A DNA stretch of 64,000 nucleotides from Bdellovibrionales bacterium (GTDB lineage Bacteria > Bdellovibrionota > Bdellovibrionia > Bdellovibrionales > JAKFYE01), in the NCBI GenBank assembly GCA_021731045.1, contig JAKFYE010000026.1:32027-96026 (forward strand), in the 5' to 3' direction. The notes under the pieces were generated by a model. It was not told where the DNA came from. It did not search any database and worked only from the letters and a program-made list of their open reading frames with translations. Below, in pieces: positions 39,202 to 48,530 of this stretch. The translations under genes were made by a program, and so were the position numbers. Positions within the stretch are counted from its first letter, which is position 1. Every line of letters starts with the position of its first letter.

Positions 39202-40731
39202 CTAAACTTCAAGTTGACCGATTGTGTTTTCAATCGTTTTTGTAATTTCGCTTGAACGTATGAGTTGGCGAATTTTTTCTATGTCTAACGAAAACACGCG
39301 ATCGCTTTCAGCAAACGGAACATGTTTTCGAATCAAATCATAAGCAGATTTTACGGCGGAGCTGGCCTGATGAGGTTTTAATAAATCTAAGGCCTGCGCG
39401 GCACACAGTAATTCCATCGCCACTACGCTCTCACTGTTTTTTATCACTTGCCCAAGTTTTCGCGCGGCAATCGTTCCCATACTCACGTGATCTTCTTTAT
39501 CTGCAGAAGTCGGAATAGAATCAACGCTGGCAGGATGAGTTAAAATTTTATTTTCACTCACCAGAGATGCCGCCGCTACTTGCACGATCATCATTCCCGA
39601 ATTCAAGCCACCTTTCGGCGCCAAAAACGCAGGTAAACCACTCATCGCCGGATTTATTAATTTTTCAATACGACATTCTGACATATTGGTTGCTGCGGCC
39701 ATCGCAATTGCGAGAAAATCCAAAGTAAAAGCGACGGGCTCGCCGTGAAAATTTCCGCAAGATAAAATCTTTCCTTCTTTGGCAAACACGAGCGGATTAT
39801 CTGTTGAAGAATTGGCTTCAACTTCAAGCACGCGTAAGGAATTATTCAAAACATCTTTTGCGGCTCCATGCACGGCGGGAATACAACGAAGTGAATAGGC
39901 ATCTTGCACGCGATCACAATCCGCATGACTTTCAGAAATTCCAGATGTCTCACCTAAAAGTTTGAGCATGTTGCGGGCCGTTTTAGCTTCGCCCGGATGC
40001 GGGCGTGTCGCCGCGATCAATGGATCAAACGCACTTCGTGTTCCGCGCATACCTTCCATCGACATGGCTCCAGCTAAATCCATCAACCACAAAAGTCGCC
40101 GGGCTTCGTACGCATTTAAAAGCCCCACAGCCGTCATCACTTGGCAGCCATTAATTAAACTTAAACCTTCTTTTGCTTTTAAAACTAAAGGCGAAATCCC
40201 TTTTTTAGAAATCACATCGCTGACCGGCACGTGCTCTTCGCCTTGCCAAACAAATCCTTCGCCAATAAGAGCCAAGGCCAAATGCGCAAGGGGAGCTAAA
40301 TCTCCACTCGCGCCCACGCTCCCCTGCGAGGGAATAACCGGTATGATGTCGCCGTTCAAAAATTCGAGAATTTTTTCGATAACTTCAACACGAATCCCTG
40401 AATGTCCACGCGCCAAAGCATTTGCGCGTAAAAACATAATCGCGCGCGTCTCTTCACGCGTAAAAGGCGTACCCACGCCCGCGGAGTGAGAGCGAATCAA
40501 ATTCACCTGCAACTCTTCGATTTCATTTTGCGAAATTCGCACGCTCGAAAAAGCGCCGAAGCCGGTATTCACTCCATAAATGACTTCGCCGGCCTGCATT
40601 TTCTTTTCTATAAATTCACGCGAGGTTTTTACTTTAACGACAGAATCTTTACTTAAAGACACGCTTTCTTTTTGCCATGCAACGGCCCATACGCTTTCAA
40701 GCGTTACGTTTTCACCGGTCAATTGAATCAT
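39202..40731 (-). CDS. hutH: Histidine ammonia-lyase
   Basis: YGVNTGFG, GSVGASGDLAPL (MIO ASG), QDAYSLRC, EDHVSM. Confidence 0.98.
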   Translation of the reverse strand: MIQLTGENVTLESVWAVAWQKESVSLSKDSVVKVKTSREFIEKKMQAGEVIYGVNTGFGAFSSVRISQNEIEELQVNLIRSHSAGVGTPFTREETRAIMFLRANALARGHSGIRVEVIEKILEFLNGDIIPVIPSQGSVGASGDLAPLAHLALALIGEGFVWQGEEHVPVSDVISKKGISPLVLKAKEGLSLINGCQVMTAVGLLNAYEARRLLWLMDLAGAMSMEGMRGTRSAFDPLIAATRPHPGEAKTARNMLKLLGETSGISESHADCDRVQDAYSLRCIPAVHGAAKDVLNNSLRVLEVEANSSTDNPLVFAKEGKILSCGNFHGEPVAFTLDFLAIAMAAATNMSECRIEKLINPAMSGLPAFLAPKGGLNSGMMIVQVAAASLVSENKILTHPASVDSIPTSADKEDHVSMGTIAARKLGQVIKNSESVVAMELLCAAQALDLLKPHQASSAVKSAYDLIRKHVPFAESDRVFSLDIEKIRQLIRSSEITKTIENTIGQLEV

Positions 40732-41417
40732 GAAACTTCCTTTTCGCCTGCGAATTTTAATGCGCGAATGGCTTTGGCATAATCATTTCGAAAAATATAG
40801 CTACCGGCGACCAAAACATTTGCGCCGGCCTCAATACAACTTTTAGCCGTCACATCGTCTATGCCGCCATCGACTTCGATATATATAGGGCGCTTCAAAG
40901 TTTCGACTTCTTTTTTAATCGTTTTTATTTTTTGAAGTTGTTCCGGCATAAAACTTTGCCCGCCAAAACCAGGATTCACCGTCATAACTAAAACTAAATC
41001 CACAAGATTCAAATACGGCAACACCACTTCAACCGGAGTGACCGGTCGTAGGGTAATTCCTGGGATGATTCCGGCATTGCGAATCGTACTTAGCACTTCG
41101 TGCGGGACAACGGTTGATTCCACATGAATTGTGATGGAGTTACAGCCGGCTTTAATAAAATCATTTATATATTTTTCGGGTTTATCGATCATCAGGTGGA
41201 CATCTAAATGGGCATTGGTCGACTTGCGAAGGCTCGCCACGACGGGCGCCCCAATCGTAATGTTCGGAACAAAATGTCCATCCATCACGTCGACATGAAT
41301 CCAATCGGCACCGGCGGCCAGAACAGAATTGATCTCACGCTGTAAATTTGCGAAGTCCGCTGAAAGAATACTCGGCGCAACTAGAACTTTTGGCACTTTC
41401 AACCCCCGAGAACTCAC
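40728..41417 (-). CDS. rpe: Ribulose-phosphate 3-epimerase
   Basis: APSILSADF, HVDVMDGHFVPN, MTVNPGFGGQ, VDGGI. Confidence 0.97.
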   Translation of the reverse strand: MSSRGLKVPKVLVAPSILSADFANLQREINSVLAAGADWIHVDVMDGHFVPNITIGAPVVASLRKSTNAHLDVHLMIDKPEKYINDFIKAGCNSITIHVESTVVPHEVLSTIRNAGIIPGITLRPVTPVEVVLPYLNLVDLVLVMTVNPGFGGQSFMPEQLQKIKTIKKEVETLKRPIYIEVDGGIDDVTAKSCIEAGANVLVAGSYIFRNDYAKAIRALKFAGEKEVS

Positions 41418-41432
41418 CTAAATCTGTAAGAT

Positions 41433-42374
41433 TTAACTACCCAACTTTTCACTTAGTTTTAGATGATACCCTCGGACATAGTCAGCTACTTTCATCGCCG
41501 CACGCGATTCGGGCTGCACTTCGGTAATTCGTAACACGCCATTTCCACAACTCACGTCAAAATAATCGCTTTTTAAGTCAATAATCTTACCGGGAGAACC
41601 TCCGCCATCTTCGAGAGGGGTCGCCGAAATAACTTTAAGAATTTTACCTTCGCGCAACGTCCAAACACCCGGCCAGCTTTTTAATCCCCGTAACTGATTA
41701 AAAATTTGGCGCGCGCTTAAACTCCAATTAATGAGACCTTCTTCCTTGCGAATTTTTTTAGCGATTGTTTTTAAAGATTCATCTTGGGGAACAGCGATTA
41801 AATTGCCCCGAATATAATCCATAAACTCAACTTTTAAAAGTTCACGGCTTTTCTGTTTCAGAATGTCGTAGAGTTGAATAATATCGAGGTCATCGGTCAA
41901 TGCGATTTTTCTTACGCCTAAAACTGGTCCCGCATCCAGCTTGGAGACAATCACTTGCAAGGCCACACCGGTTTCAACATCTCCAGCCATCAGAGCTCGT
42001 TGCATAGGGGCCGCTCCTCGCCAGCGAGGTAACAAACTTGAATGAACATTTACTGGTGGATGCACAAAAATTTCGAGAAATTCAGGTTTAAGTATTTGTC
42101 CAAAAGCCACGACCACAGCCGAGTCGACTTGCAAACTGCGAATTTCATTTAAGACAGATTCATCATTAATATTTTCAACATTCTGAACATCTAATCCCAG
42201 TCTTAAGGCTTCAGCTTTTACGGGGGTCGGTTGAACTTTTAAATTTCGCCCCGACGGCTTATCTGGCTGTGTATAGACGCGTACAATTTTAAAATGAGGA
42301 TCTTCTGCAAGGGCCGTAAGGGGCGTTACTGCAAAATCAGGAGTGCCAAGATAAATAATGCGAACAACGCTCAC
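41433..42374 (-). CDS. fmt: Methionyl-tRNA formyltransferase
   Basis: GTPDFA, TQPDKP, NVHSSLLPRWRGAAP, LDAG. Confidence 0.97.
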   Translation of the reverse strand: MSVVRIIYLGTPDFAVTPLTALAEDPHFKIVRVYTQPDKPSGRNLKVQPTPVKAEALRLGLDVQNVENINDESVLNEIRSLQVDSAVVVAFGQILKPEFLEIFVHPPVNVHSSLLPRWRGAAPMQRALMAGDVETGVALQVIVSKLDAGPVLGVRKIALTDDLDIIQLYDILKQKSRELLKVEFMDYIRGNLIAVPQDESLKTIAKKIRKEEGLINWSLSARQIFNQLRGLKSWPGVWTLREGKILKVISATPLEDGGGSPGKIIDLKSDYFDVSCGNGVLRITEVQPESRAAMKVADYVRGYHLKLSEKLGS

Positions 42375-42955
42375 AGCGCAGACTGGCTCTCGTCTTCAGA
42401 CGTGTTATCTGCGTAGCCATGTTTTTTAATTTTAGATTTGATTCGATCTGATTTTACAAAACTAATACGATCGATAAAAAGTTTCCCTTCAAGATGGTCC
42501 ATTTCATGTTGCAAACAGATCGCCAATAAACCATCGGTTTTAATCGTCTGCGGGTTGCCTTCGATATCTAAACCTTGCGCTTCAATATAATTGGCGCGTT
42601 TTACTTCTTCGATAAAACCCGGCACGCTGAGGCAGCCTTCTTCGTAAGTTGTCGCGCCGTCCTTGACCACAATTTCTGGATTAAAAATTACAACCGGATA
42701 TTTTACTTTTCGCTCTAATTCGGTCATTTTTTCTTCAACAACTTGATCATCATCGTCCGTTGGACGCGTATCAATCACAAGTAATCGCACTAACTCGCCT
42801 ACCTGTACGGCCGCCAACCCAACTCCAGGAGCCGCATACATCGTCTCCAACATGTTTTCGGCCAACTGCCGAAGTTCAGGAGTGACTTTCTTAACGGCAA
42901 CAGACTTTTTCTTAAGTCGAGCGTCTGGATATTTAAGGATTTCTAAAGTCGCCAT
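42371..42955 (-). CDS. def: Peptide deformylase
   Basis: GVGLAAVQ, EGCLSVP, QHEMDH. Confidence 0.98.
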   Translation of the reverse strand: MATLEILKYPDARLKKKSVAVKKVTPELRQLAENMLETMYAAPGVGLAAVQVGELVRLLVIDTRPTDDDDQVVEEKMTELERKVKYPVVIFNPEIVVKDGATTYEEGCLSVPGFIEEVKRANYIEAQGLDIEGNPQTIKTDGLLAICLQHEMDHLEGKLFIDRISFVKSDRIKSKIKKHGYADNTSEDESQSAL

Positions 42956-43082
42956 ACATACAAGTATAGTCGAAAACCAAAATTTAGGCCAGACCCTAAA
43001 CGTTGGGACCCATTTAAAACGACTTAAAGGCCCAGTTTTTTAGCTCAGACGCAAGGCCTAAACACCTTAACTAAAATCACTT

Positions 43083-43204
43083 GGGTCTGTTGAAAAAGCC
43101 CATCTTCCTCATCCGCGCTGTCGTCAGTCACTCTGTCGTACAGTAAGTACGCCGCCGCTCCCTCCTCGGCACATCTAAGGAATCTGAACCTTTTTGAACA
43201 GACC
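43083..43204. repeat. MITE-like element with GGGTCTGTT(G/C)AAAAAG termini
   Basis: 16-bp terminal IR (1 mismatch), internal CGTAC..GTACG hairpin; a third partial arm at ~43221-43240. Confidence 0.75.
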
Positions 43205-43241
43205 CTACTTTTACATGCCTTGGCTTTTTCAACAAGCCCAC

Positions 43242-44321
43242 TTATTTCTTTTGTCGAATCAGGAGAAAAATAGACGCCGTGATCATAAGAATATTGGGTG
43301 CCCAAGCCGCCAAAATAGGGGGAATCGTTCCATGTTTTCCTATGGTCAACGCCGAGCTATAGAGTGTCCAGTAGACAAACACGAGCAAAATCACAATCCC
43401 AATATTTGTCGCCATACCCCCTTGACGCGTATGTCGTGCACAAAATGGAATACCGATAAACGTCATGACAAACCCAGCAAAAGCAAAACTGATTTTGGAT
43501 TGGTAGTCGACTTCGTACTGTAGAGTATCAAAGCCCGCTTCCTTGTTTTTTACGATAAAGGATTTCAATTGACCCATCGTCATCACATCTGCCGAATTTG
43601 TGGATTGCTGAAGGTCAAACGTATCGGGCTCCATTTCGACTTCTTTGGTTTCAAAGCCTTGAGTCATCGGAAAGCTGGATTCTTCAGCAAAAAGAGTCAC
43701 GCTCCCTTTGTTCAAAAGCCAACTCCGTCCGTTAATTTTTAGATTTTCCGCCGAGATGGTCTGAACCAAATCCCATGCATCATTAAAATAGTAAAGTGAT
43801 AGCCCTTGAGCCGACGCACTTTCAGCATTTAAGGTTTTAATATTTAGAATAATGTTTTTTGCGCGATACCAGATTTTATTAGTTTTTACCGTTGAATAGA
43901 GTCCTGGTTTTTTTTGAATATCAACATAATAAACGTAATTTTTTTTCTGATTTAAAGCCGGCAATAACCAGTCTCCGATGGTTAATAAAAAAATCGACAT
44001 GCAAATCACAATCACGAGAATCGGAGCGCTGATGCGGGCTAAGCTTGTACCCATAGAGAACAACGCGGTTAATTCATTTGAGCGATTCATTCCACTTAAC
44101 GTAAAAACAGTCGCGATCAAACACGCAACGGGCATCATTTGATGAATAATAGCCGGCAATGAATAGGCATAATAGGCAATGACTGTTCCCATCGTAACGT
44201 CGAACTTTAAAATCGTCGTCATCGCATCGATGGCGATGAAAAGCGTTGCGACCACGATGATACTGCCCAAAAAGTAGCTAACAAAGAGTTTGGTAATGTA
44301 ACGATCGATAATGTTTAACAC
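43242..44321 (-). CDS. lptG: LPS export ABC transporter permease LptG (LptF/G family)
   Basis: IIDRYI, SNELTALFSMGTS, 3 TM + periplasmic domain + 3 TM, AAWAPN. Confidence 0.85.
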   Translation of the reverse strand: MLNIIDRYITKLFVSYFLGSIIVVATLFIAIDAMTTILKFDVTMGTVIAYYAYSLPAIIHQMMPVACLIATVFTLSGMNRSNELTALFSMGTSLARISAPILVIVICMSIFLLTIGDWLLPALNQKKNYVYYVDIQKKPGLYSTVKTNKIWYRAKNIILNIKTLNAESASAQGLSLYYFNDAWDLVQTISAENLKINGRSWLLNKGSVTLFAEESSFPMTQGFETKEVEMEPDTFDLQQSTNSADVMTMGQLKSFIVKNKEAGFDTLQYEVDYQSKISFAFAGFVMTFIGIPFCARHTRQGGMATNIGIVILLVFVYWTLYSSALTIGKHGTIPPILAAWAPNILMITASIFLLIRQKK

Positions 44322-44383
44322 GTCATTTAAATTTAGCAGAACCCCCTCTTGACTCCAAAGGGGAAAGACAGTTTACTCGAGGC

Positions 44384-45442
44384 ATGGCATTGCGCGTCTT
44401 ACTGGCGGATAATAGCGAAACTATTAAAAAAGTCATTCAGCTCTCTCTCCAAGATTACGCTGCCCAAGTGCGTTCGGTGAATATCGGCATCGATGTTATC
44501 GACGTAGCCAAGTCTTTTCAGCCCGACATTATTTTTGCCGACATTCTTTTACAAAAACGCAATGGTTACGATGTCTGTAACGACATAAAAAATACGCCCG
44601 AACTTTCTAAAACTCCGGTGGTGCTCATTTGGAGCGGGTTTATGGATTTAGATCAAAAAAAATACACCCAAGTCAGAGCCGATGCCGCGTTAGAAAAGCC
44701 TTTTGATTCCAACGATCTTCGCGCGCTCATTACGAAGTTGGTACCAAAAGTAAAAGACCAATCTCTTTCGGAGTTTATCGAGACTCCCACTTTTGCAAAA
44801 TCAGAATATAAAATTGAACCGCCCGTGTTAGAAACGTCACCTTCTCCCGCAACACCCACCGCGGCTTCTTTACCAAAAAAAGATTGGAACATGGATGCCT
44901 TCGAAGACATCAACAACTTCAAAATGGTAGACGATAAGAAAAAACTTCCGGATCTTCCTTTGCCATCTGAGAGTGAAGATGACTTTGCGCAAGTGCCTTT
45001 AAATAAAGTCTCTCTGCCTTCCGAAGACTCGACCAACCCTTCCAACAAGCAGGCCGTCATGAGTAAAAAGACAAATGAATTTGAACTAGATGTTCCTGAA
45101 GAGGCCGATTTTGATGGCGTGACCGTAAACATTGTTATTCCACAAGATGATATTACCAATACTGATTTTCTTAGAAGTAAACTCCCTCCTCCGACTAAAG
45201 CCGCAACTCCTGAACCTGCGAAACCAGCTTCAACTCCCGCACCTAAAGCCGCAGAAGCACCTAAGCCCGCAGCCACCGCAAGCCCGGCTCCCATGTCTGA
45301 AGATCAACTTGAACTTATATTACGAAACTACTCTCGAGAGATCATAGAAAAAATTGTCTGGAAGCTTGTCCCCGATATGGCAGAACGAATCATTCGTGAA
45401 GAAATAAAACGTTTGATCGATGAGCCTGAAATGAAGGCTTAA
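44384..45442 (+). CDS. romR: RomR-like polarity response regulator
   Basis: N-terminal receiver, long Pro/acidic low-complexity linker, C-terminal SREIIEKIVWKLVPDMAERIIREEI helix typical of RomR. Confidence 0.85.
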   Translation: MALRVLLADNSETIKKVIQLSLQDYAAQVRSVNIGIDVIDVAKSFQPDIIFADILLQKRNGYDVCNDIKNTPELSKTPVVLIWSGFMDLDQKKYTQVRADAALEKPFDSNDLRALITKLVPKVKDQSLSEFIETPTFAKSEYKIEPPVLETSPSPATPTAASLPKKDWNMDAFEDINNFKMVDDKKKLPDLPLPSESEDDFAQVPLNKVSLPSEDSTNPSNKQAVMSKKTNEFELDVPEEADFDGVTVNIVIPQDDITNTDFLRSKLPPPTKAATPEPAKPASTPAPKAAEAPKPAATASPAPMSEDQLELILRNYSREIIEKIVWKLVPDMAERIIREEIKRLIDEPEMKA

Positions 45443-45444
45443 CT

Positions 45445-46275
45445 ATGTCACCAATGTCTCTGCGAGACATTATTCAATATGCCCTTAAAGAGGATATGCC
45501 CAAAGGCGACGTCACCACCGAGTCTCTCGCCCTGGATTCGCGACCTGGCATTGCAAAATTAACGGCAAAAGAAGATCTCGTTTTATCCGTACACAATGTG
45601 TTTGAAGAAACAATTCAAATCCTTGAACCCTCCGCTAAGCTTAAATGGTATTTTAAAGATACCGATGTCGTCCTTAAAGGTCAGCAGATGTGTTTAATAC
45701 AGGGAGACCTCATTCAAGTCTTAAAAGCTGAACGTGTCGCCTTAAATTTATTTAGTCATCTCTGCGGCATCGCCACGCTCACGCGCTGTTTTGTGAATCA
45801 AATAAAAAACACGCAAACAAAAATTTTAGATACACGTAAAACCACACCTATTTTTCGCGATCTCGAAAGACGCGCCGTTCGCGATGGCGGCGGAACCAAC
45901 CACCGTCTAAATTTGAGCGACGCCGTTATGATCAAAGACAATCATATTCGCGCGGCCGGAAGCATCACCAACGCGATTCAACGAATTCGCAAAAACACGA
46001 AACTTCCAATTACAGTTGAAGTCAGTACGCTTCAAGAAGTCAAAGAAGCCGTAGCCTGTACTGCGCAAAGAATTTTACTCGACAATATGAATACAGAGAC
46101 TATGAAACAGGCGCTCGAAATTATTCCAAAAACTATTGAAACCGAAGCCAGCGGCAACATGACGATCGAACGTGTTCGTGAAGTTGCGCAGCTCGGAGTT
46201 AATTATATTAGCGTTGGTCTCATCACGCACTCAGCTCCGAGTGCTGATATGAGCTTGATGTTTGAGTGGACATAG
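45445..46275 (+). CDS. nadC: Quinolinate phosphoribosyltransferase
   Basis: GDVTT, ERVALN, DTRKTTP, HRLNLSD, IKDNH, LLDN, EASG. Confidence 0.97.
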   Translation: MSPMSLRDIIQYALKEDMPKGDVTTESLALDSRPGIAKLTAKEDLVLSVHNVFEETIQILEPSAKLKWYFKDTDVVLKGQQMCLIQGDLIQVLKAERVALNLFSHLCGIATLTRCFVNQIKNTQTKILDTRKTTPIFRDLERRAVRDGGGTNHRLNLSDAVMIKDNHIRAAGSITNAIQRIRKNTKLPITVEVSTLQEVKEAVACTAQRILLDNMNTETMKQALEIIPKTIETEASGNMTIERVREVAQLGVNYISVGLITHSAPSADMSLMFEWT

Positions 46276-46276
46276 C

Positions 46277-46999
46277 ATGTCCGAAACAAATCTCATCGGT
46301 GAATGGACAAAGTCTTGGGCCGAAAAAAATAATCTTCATTGCGAATATCAATTCGAAACTCCCAGTACAAATGACTTTGCAAAAGAATATCCCTACGTCG
46401 ATGACACGAGCGTCCTCTTTGTGACCGAATCTCAAACAAAAGGTCGCGGTCGCGGCTCCAACTTGTGGTTGAACTCTAAACCCGGCTCATCACTGCTTTC
46501 CACATGGAGTTTTCAACTCACTCAACCTCCACAACCGATTACCACGCCGCTCTTAGGCCTTGCCGTCTACCGTTCTCTACGTTCGGCTTTTGGAATTCAA
46601 AAACTCAGTCTCAAAGCTCCAAACGATATTTACATTGACGGAAAAAAAGCCGGTGGCCTACTCGTCGAAGTCATCAGTCAAAATTCTTCGCATCGTGTGT
46701 TAGTTGGCTTTGGGCTTAATATTTTTTCTAAACCCGAAATCGCCAACACCAGCGAAGTGAACTCCTACTCTTCAGAGCCTATCAATAGCAGCAGTTGGAA
46801 TTTATTTTTAAGCATGCTGTTTGATGAATTCCAACGTGCCGTTCACCAAGCAACGGAACCTTACCTCCCGCAACTCGCCCGCGAAGAACTACTCGTCGCC
46901 CTCAACCAAAATCCAAACATCTCCGAAAAATTCGTTGCCATCGAACTCAACGGCAGCCTCCGAACCAAAAACACCACAATTTCTTGGGACACCCTGTAG
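46277..46999 (+). CDS. birA: Biotin--protein ligase (group I, no HTH)
   Basis: STND, QTKGRGR, KAPND, KAGGLLVE, GFGLN. Confidence 0.9.
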   Translation: MSETNLIGEWTKSWAEKNNLHCEYQFETPSTNDFAKEYPYVDDTSVLFVTESQTKGRGRGSNLWLNSKPGSSLLSTWSFQLTQPPQPITTPLLGLAVYRSLRSAFGIQKLSLKAPNDIYIDGKKAGGLLVEVISQNSSHRVLVGFGLNIFSKPEIANTSEVNSYSSEPINSSSWNLFLSMLFDEFQRAVHQATEPYLPQLAREELLVALNQNPNISEKFVAIELNGSLRTKNTTISWDTL

Positions 47000-47268
47000 A
47001 ACCGATCTTGTTCTGTTGATTTATAAATCTTAGGTTTAAGAGCCTTGGGGATTTTCAATATATCCTCGCACTCTAGTTTGCGTCGTGCGGGGCGTATCCG
47101 GGTTGCGATGCAAGTAATTTGATATGTTATTTCCCCAATTGCTTTCGGCCATTGTAGCGCAATCCGAAGACGCGCCTGCGGCCGAAAGCAATTGGAGTGC
47201 GAGGATATATTGAAAATCCCCAAGGCTCTTAACGTAAAAAGTATTTCAACAGAACAAGCTCGGTTCTA
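46997..47268. repeat. ~270-bp nested-hairpin repeat element, copy B (inverted relative to copy A)
   Basis: 23-bp outer IR (46997-47019/47246-47268, 1 mismatch), 40-bp inner IR (47036-47075/47193-47232, 1 mismatch); core differs from copy A at 6 of 117 nt. Confidence 0.95.
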
Positions 47269-47286
47269 GAGTTTTCAATGTAAAGT

Positions 47287-47733
47287 CTATTTCAGCCATT
47301 CGTAGAGATTGTAGTGATCGGCGCTCATACCTAGCTTTTCGTAGACGCGCATTGCATTTGAATTTCTTTTATCTACGTACAAGCGCAGGCCTCGTAATTG
47401 CGGATTTTTTACGACCATATCTTTTAAGAAAGCATAGAGCACACGATAGACGCCTTGGTTTCGGGCGTTCGGTAATGTGTAGACCGAGTGAATCCAAATG
47501 ACCATTCCGTTACGCCAGTCGCTCCACTCGGGAAGTGTTAAGCACATACCTATTGCTTCTTCTTTTTTTTCAACGATCCAATATTGTCCCTTGTTCGGAT
47601 CATCAAGAACAGCGCGGATGCCTTTTAATAAAACCTCTTGATCGAGTTGCAGGTTTTCCGTTTCCATCGCCATGTCCAACTGGCATTGCAAAATAAACGC
47701 GAGATCTTTTGGTAAAGACTTACGTACGTTCAT
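47287..47733 (-). CDS. GNAT family N-acetyltransferase
   Basis: EWSDWRNG..IWIHSVY..RNQGV, LRLYVDKRN..A..VYEKLGM. Confidence 0.92.
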   Translation of the reverse strand: MNVRKSLPKDLAFILQCQLDMAMETENLQLDQEVLLKGIRAVLDDPNKGQYWIVEKKEEAIGMCLTLPEWSDWRNGMVIWIHSVYTLPNARNQGVYRVLYAFLKDMVVKNPQLRGLRLYVDKRNSNAMRVYEKLGMSADHYNLYEWLK

Positions 47734-48283
47734 TTTCGATCCATTTTATCGAACATCCCATAGAAGGATACTGAGGCGAAATTGTTTTTTGTCCTTGCAA
47801 CAAACCTTGAATGGCCTTTTTCATGTCTTCAGATTTAACTTTCGAAGCGTCTTTCCAATTGTCGTCAAGCCGCCCACGATAAGCGAGTCGTCGATCTGAG
47901 CCGTAAACAAAAAAATCAGGCGTACAAACGGCATCAAAAGTTCGCGCCACTTTTTGAGTCGCATCGTGCAGATAAGGAAACGGATACGATTTTTCTTTCC
48001 AACGTAATTTTAGATTTTCAAAAGAATCTTCAGGGTACTCTTTGGGATCGTTAGAACAAATCGCCACGAAGGACACTTCTGATTTTCTAAAAAACCGCCC
48101 CAACGCGATCACGCGATCTTCAATCGCCTTTACGTAAGGACAGTGATTGCAAATAAACATCAAAACTAAAACTTTAGACTCCGCAAAACTTTGCAAAGAG
48201 TATGTTTGCGCATCAACTCCACTTAGTGAAAAATCATGACAGCGTTCGCCTAATTCGGCTTCAGGGGTGTAGGTCAATGCCAT
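47720..48283 (-). CDS. Thioredoxin-family (AhpC/TSA-like) protein
   Basis: FICNHCPYV, ACTPDFF-like motif, YRGRLDD, SMGCSIKW. Confidence 0.92.
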   Translation of the reverse strand: MALTYTPEAELGERCHDFSLSGVDAQTYSLQSFAESKVLVLMFICNHCPYVKAIEDRVIALGRFFRKSEVSFVAICSNDPKEYPEDSFENLKLRWKEKSYPFPYLHDATQKVARTFDAVCTPDFFVYGSDRRLAYRGRLDDNWKDASKVKSEDMKKAIQGLLQGQKTISPQYPSMGCSIKWIENERT

Positions 48284-48530
48284 AATAAGCCTTCCTTTTG
48301 ATCCTCACAGTTAGCAGTTCCGTTGTTAAAACTACAAATTAATATGGAAGCGACATTAAAGGTTTTGCAAAGTGGATTTTTAAATTTTTCCCAATAGGAT
48401 TTAAAGCAACTTTAAGCACCTAGGTCGATTTAACGCGACGAGTTGTCTGGATATTGTAATTTCAACGCTTGGTTTCATGCTGCCTGTTTGTTAAGTCTGC
48501 CTCACTTAATTCTTTAAGGGGGAAAAAAAG

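Noticed and set aside
43045-43305. 86-aa ORF, and the 65-aa ORF at 19605-19802
   Set aside because: Both read through palindromic repeat elements and overlap ends of real genes.
44653-45294. 213-aa minus-strand ORF
   Set aside because: Antisense to the low-complexity RomR linker, with no independent coding signal. The other short nested ORFs in the track were rejected for the same reason.
48470-48484. Sigma54 promoter for the alpha/beta hydrolase
   Set aside because: GG-to-GC spacing is 9 nt rather than the required 10.
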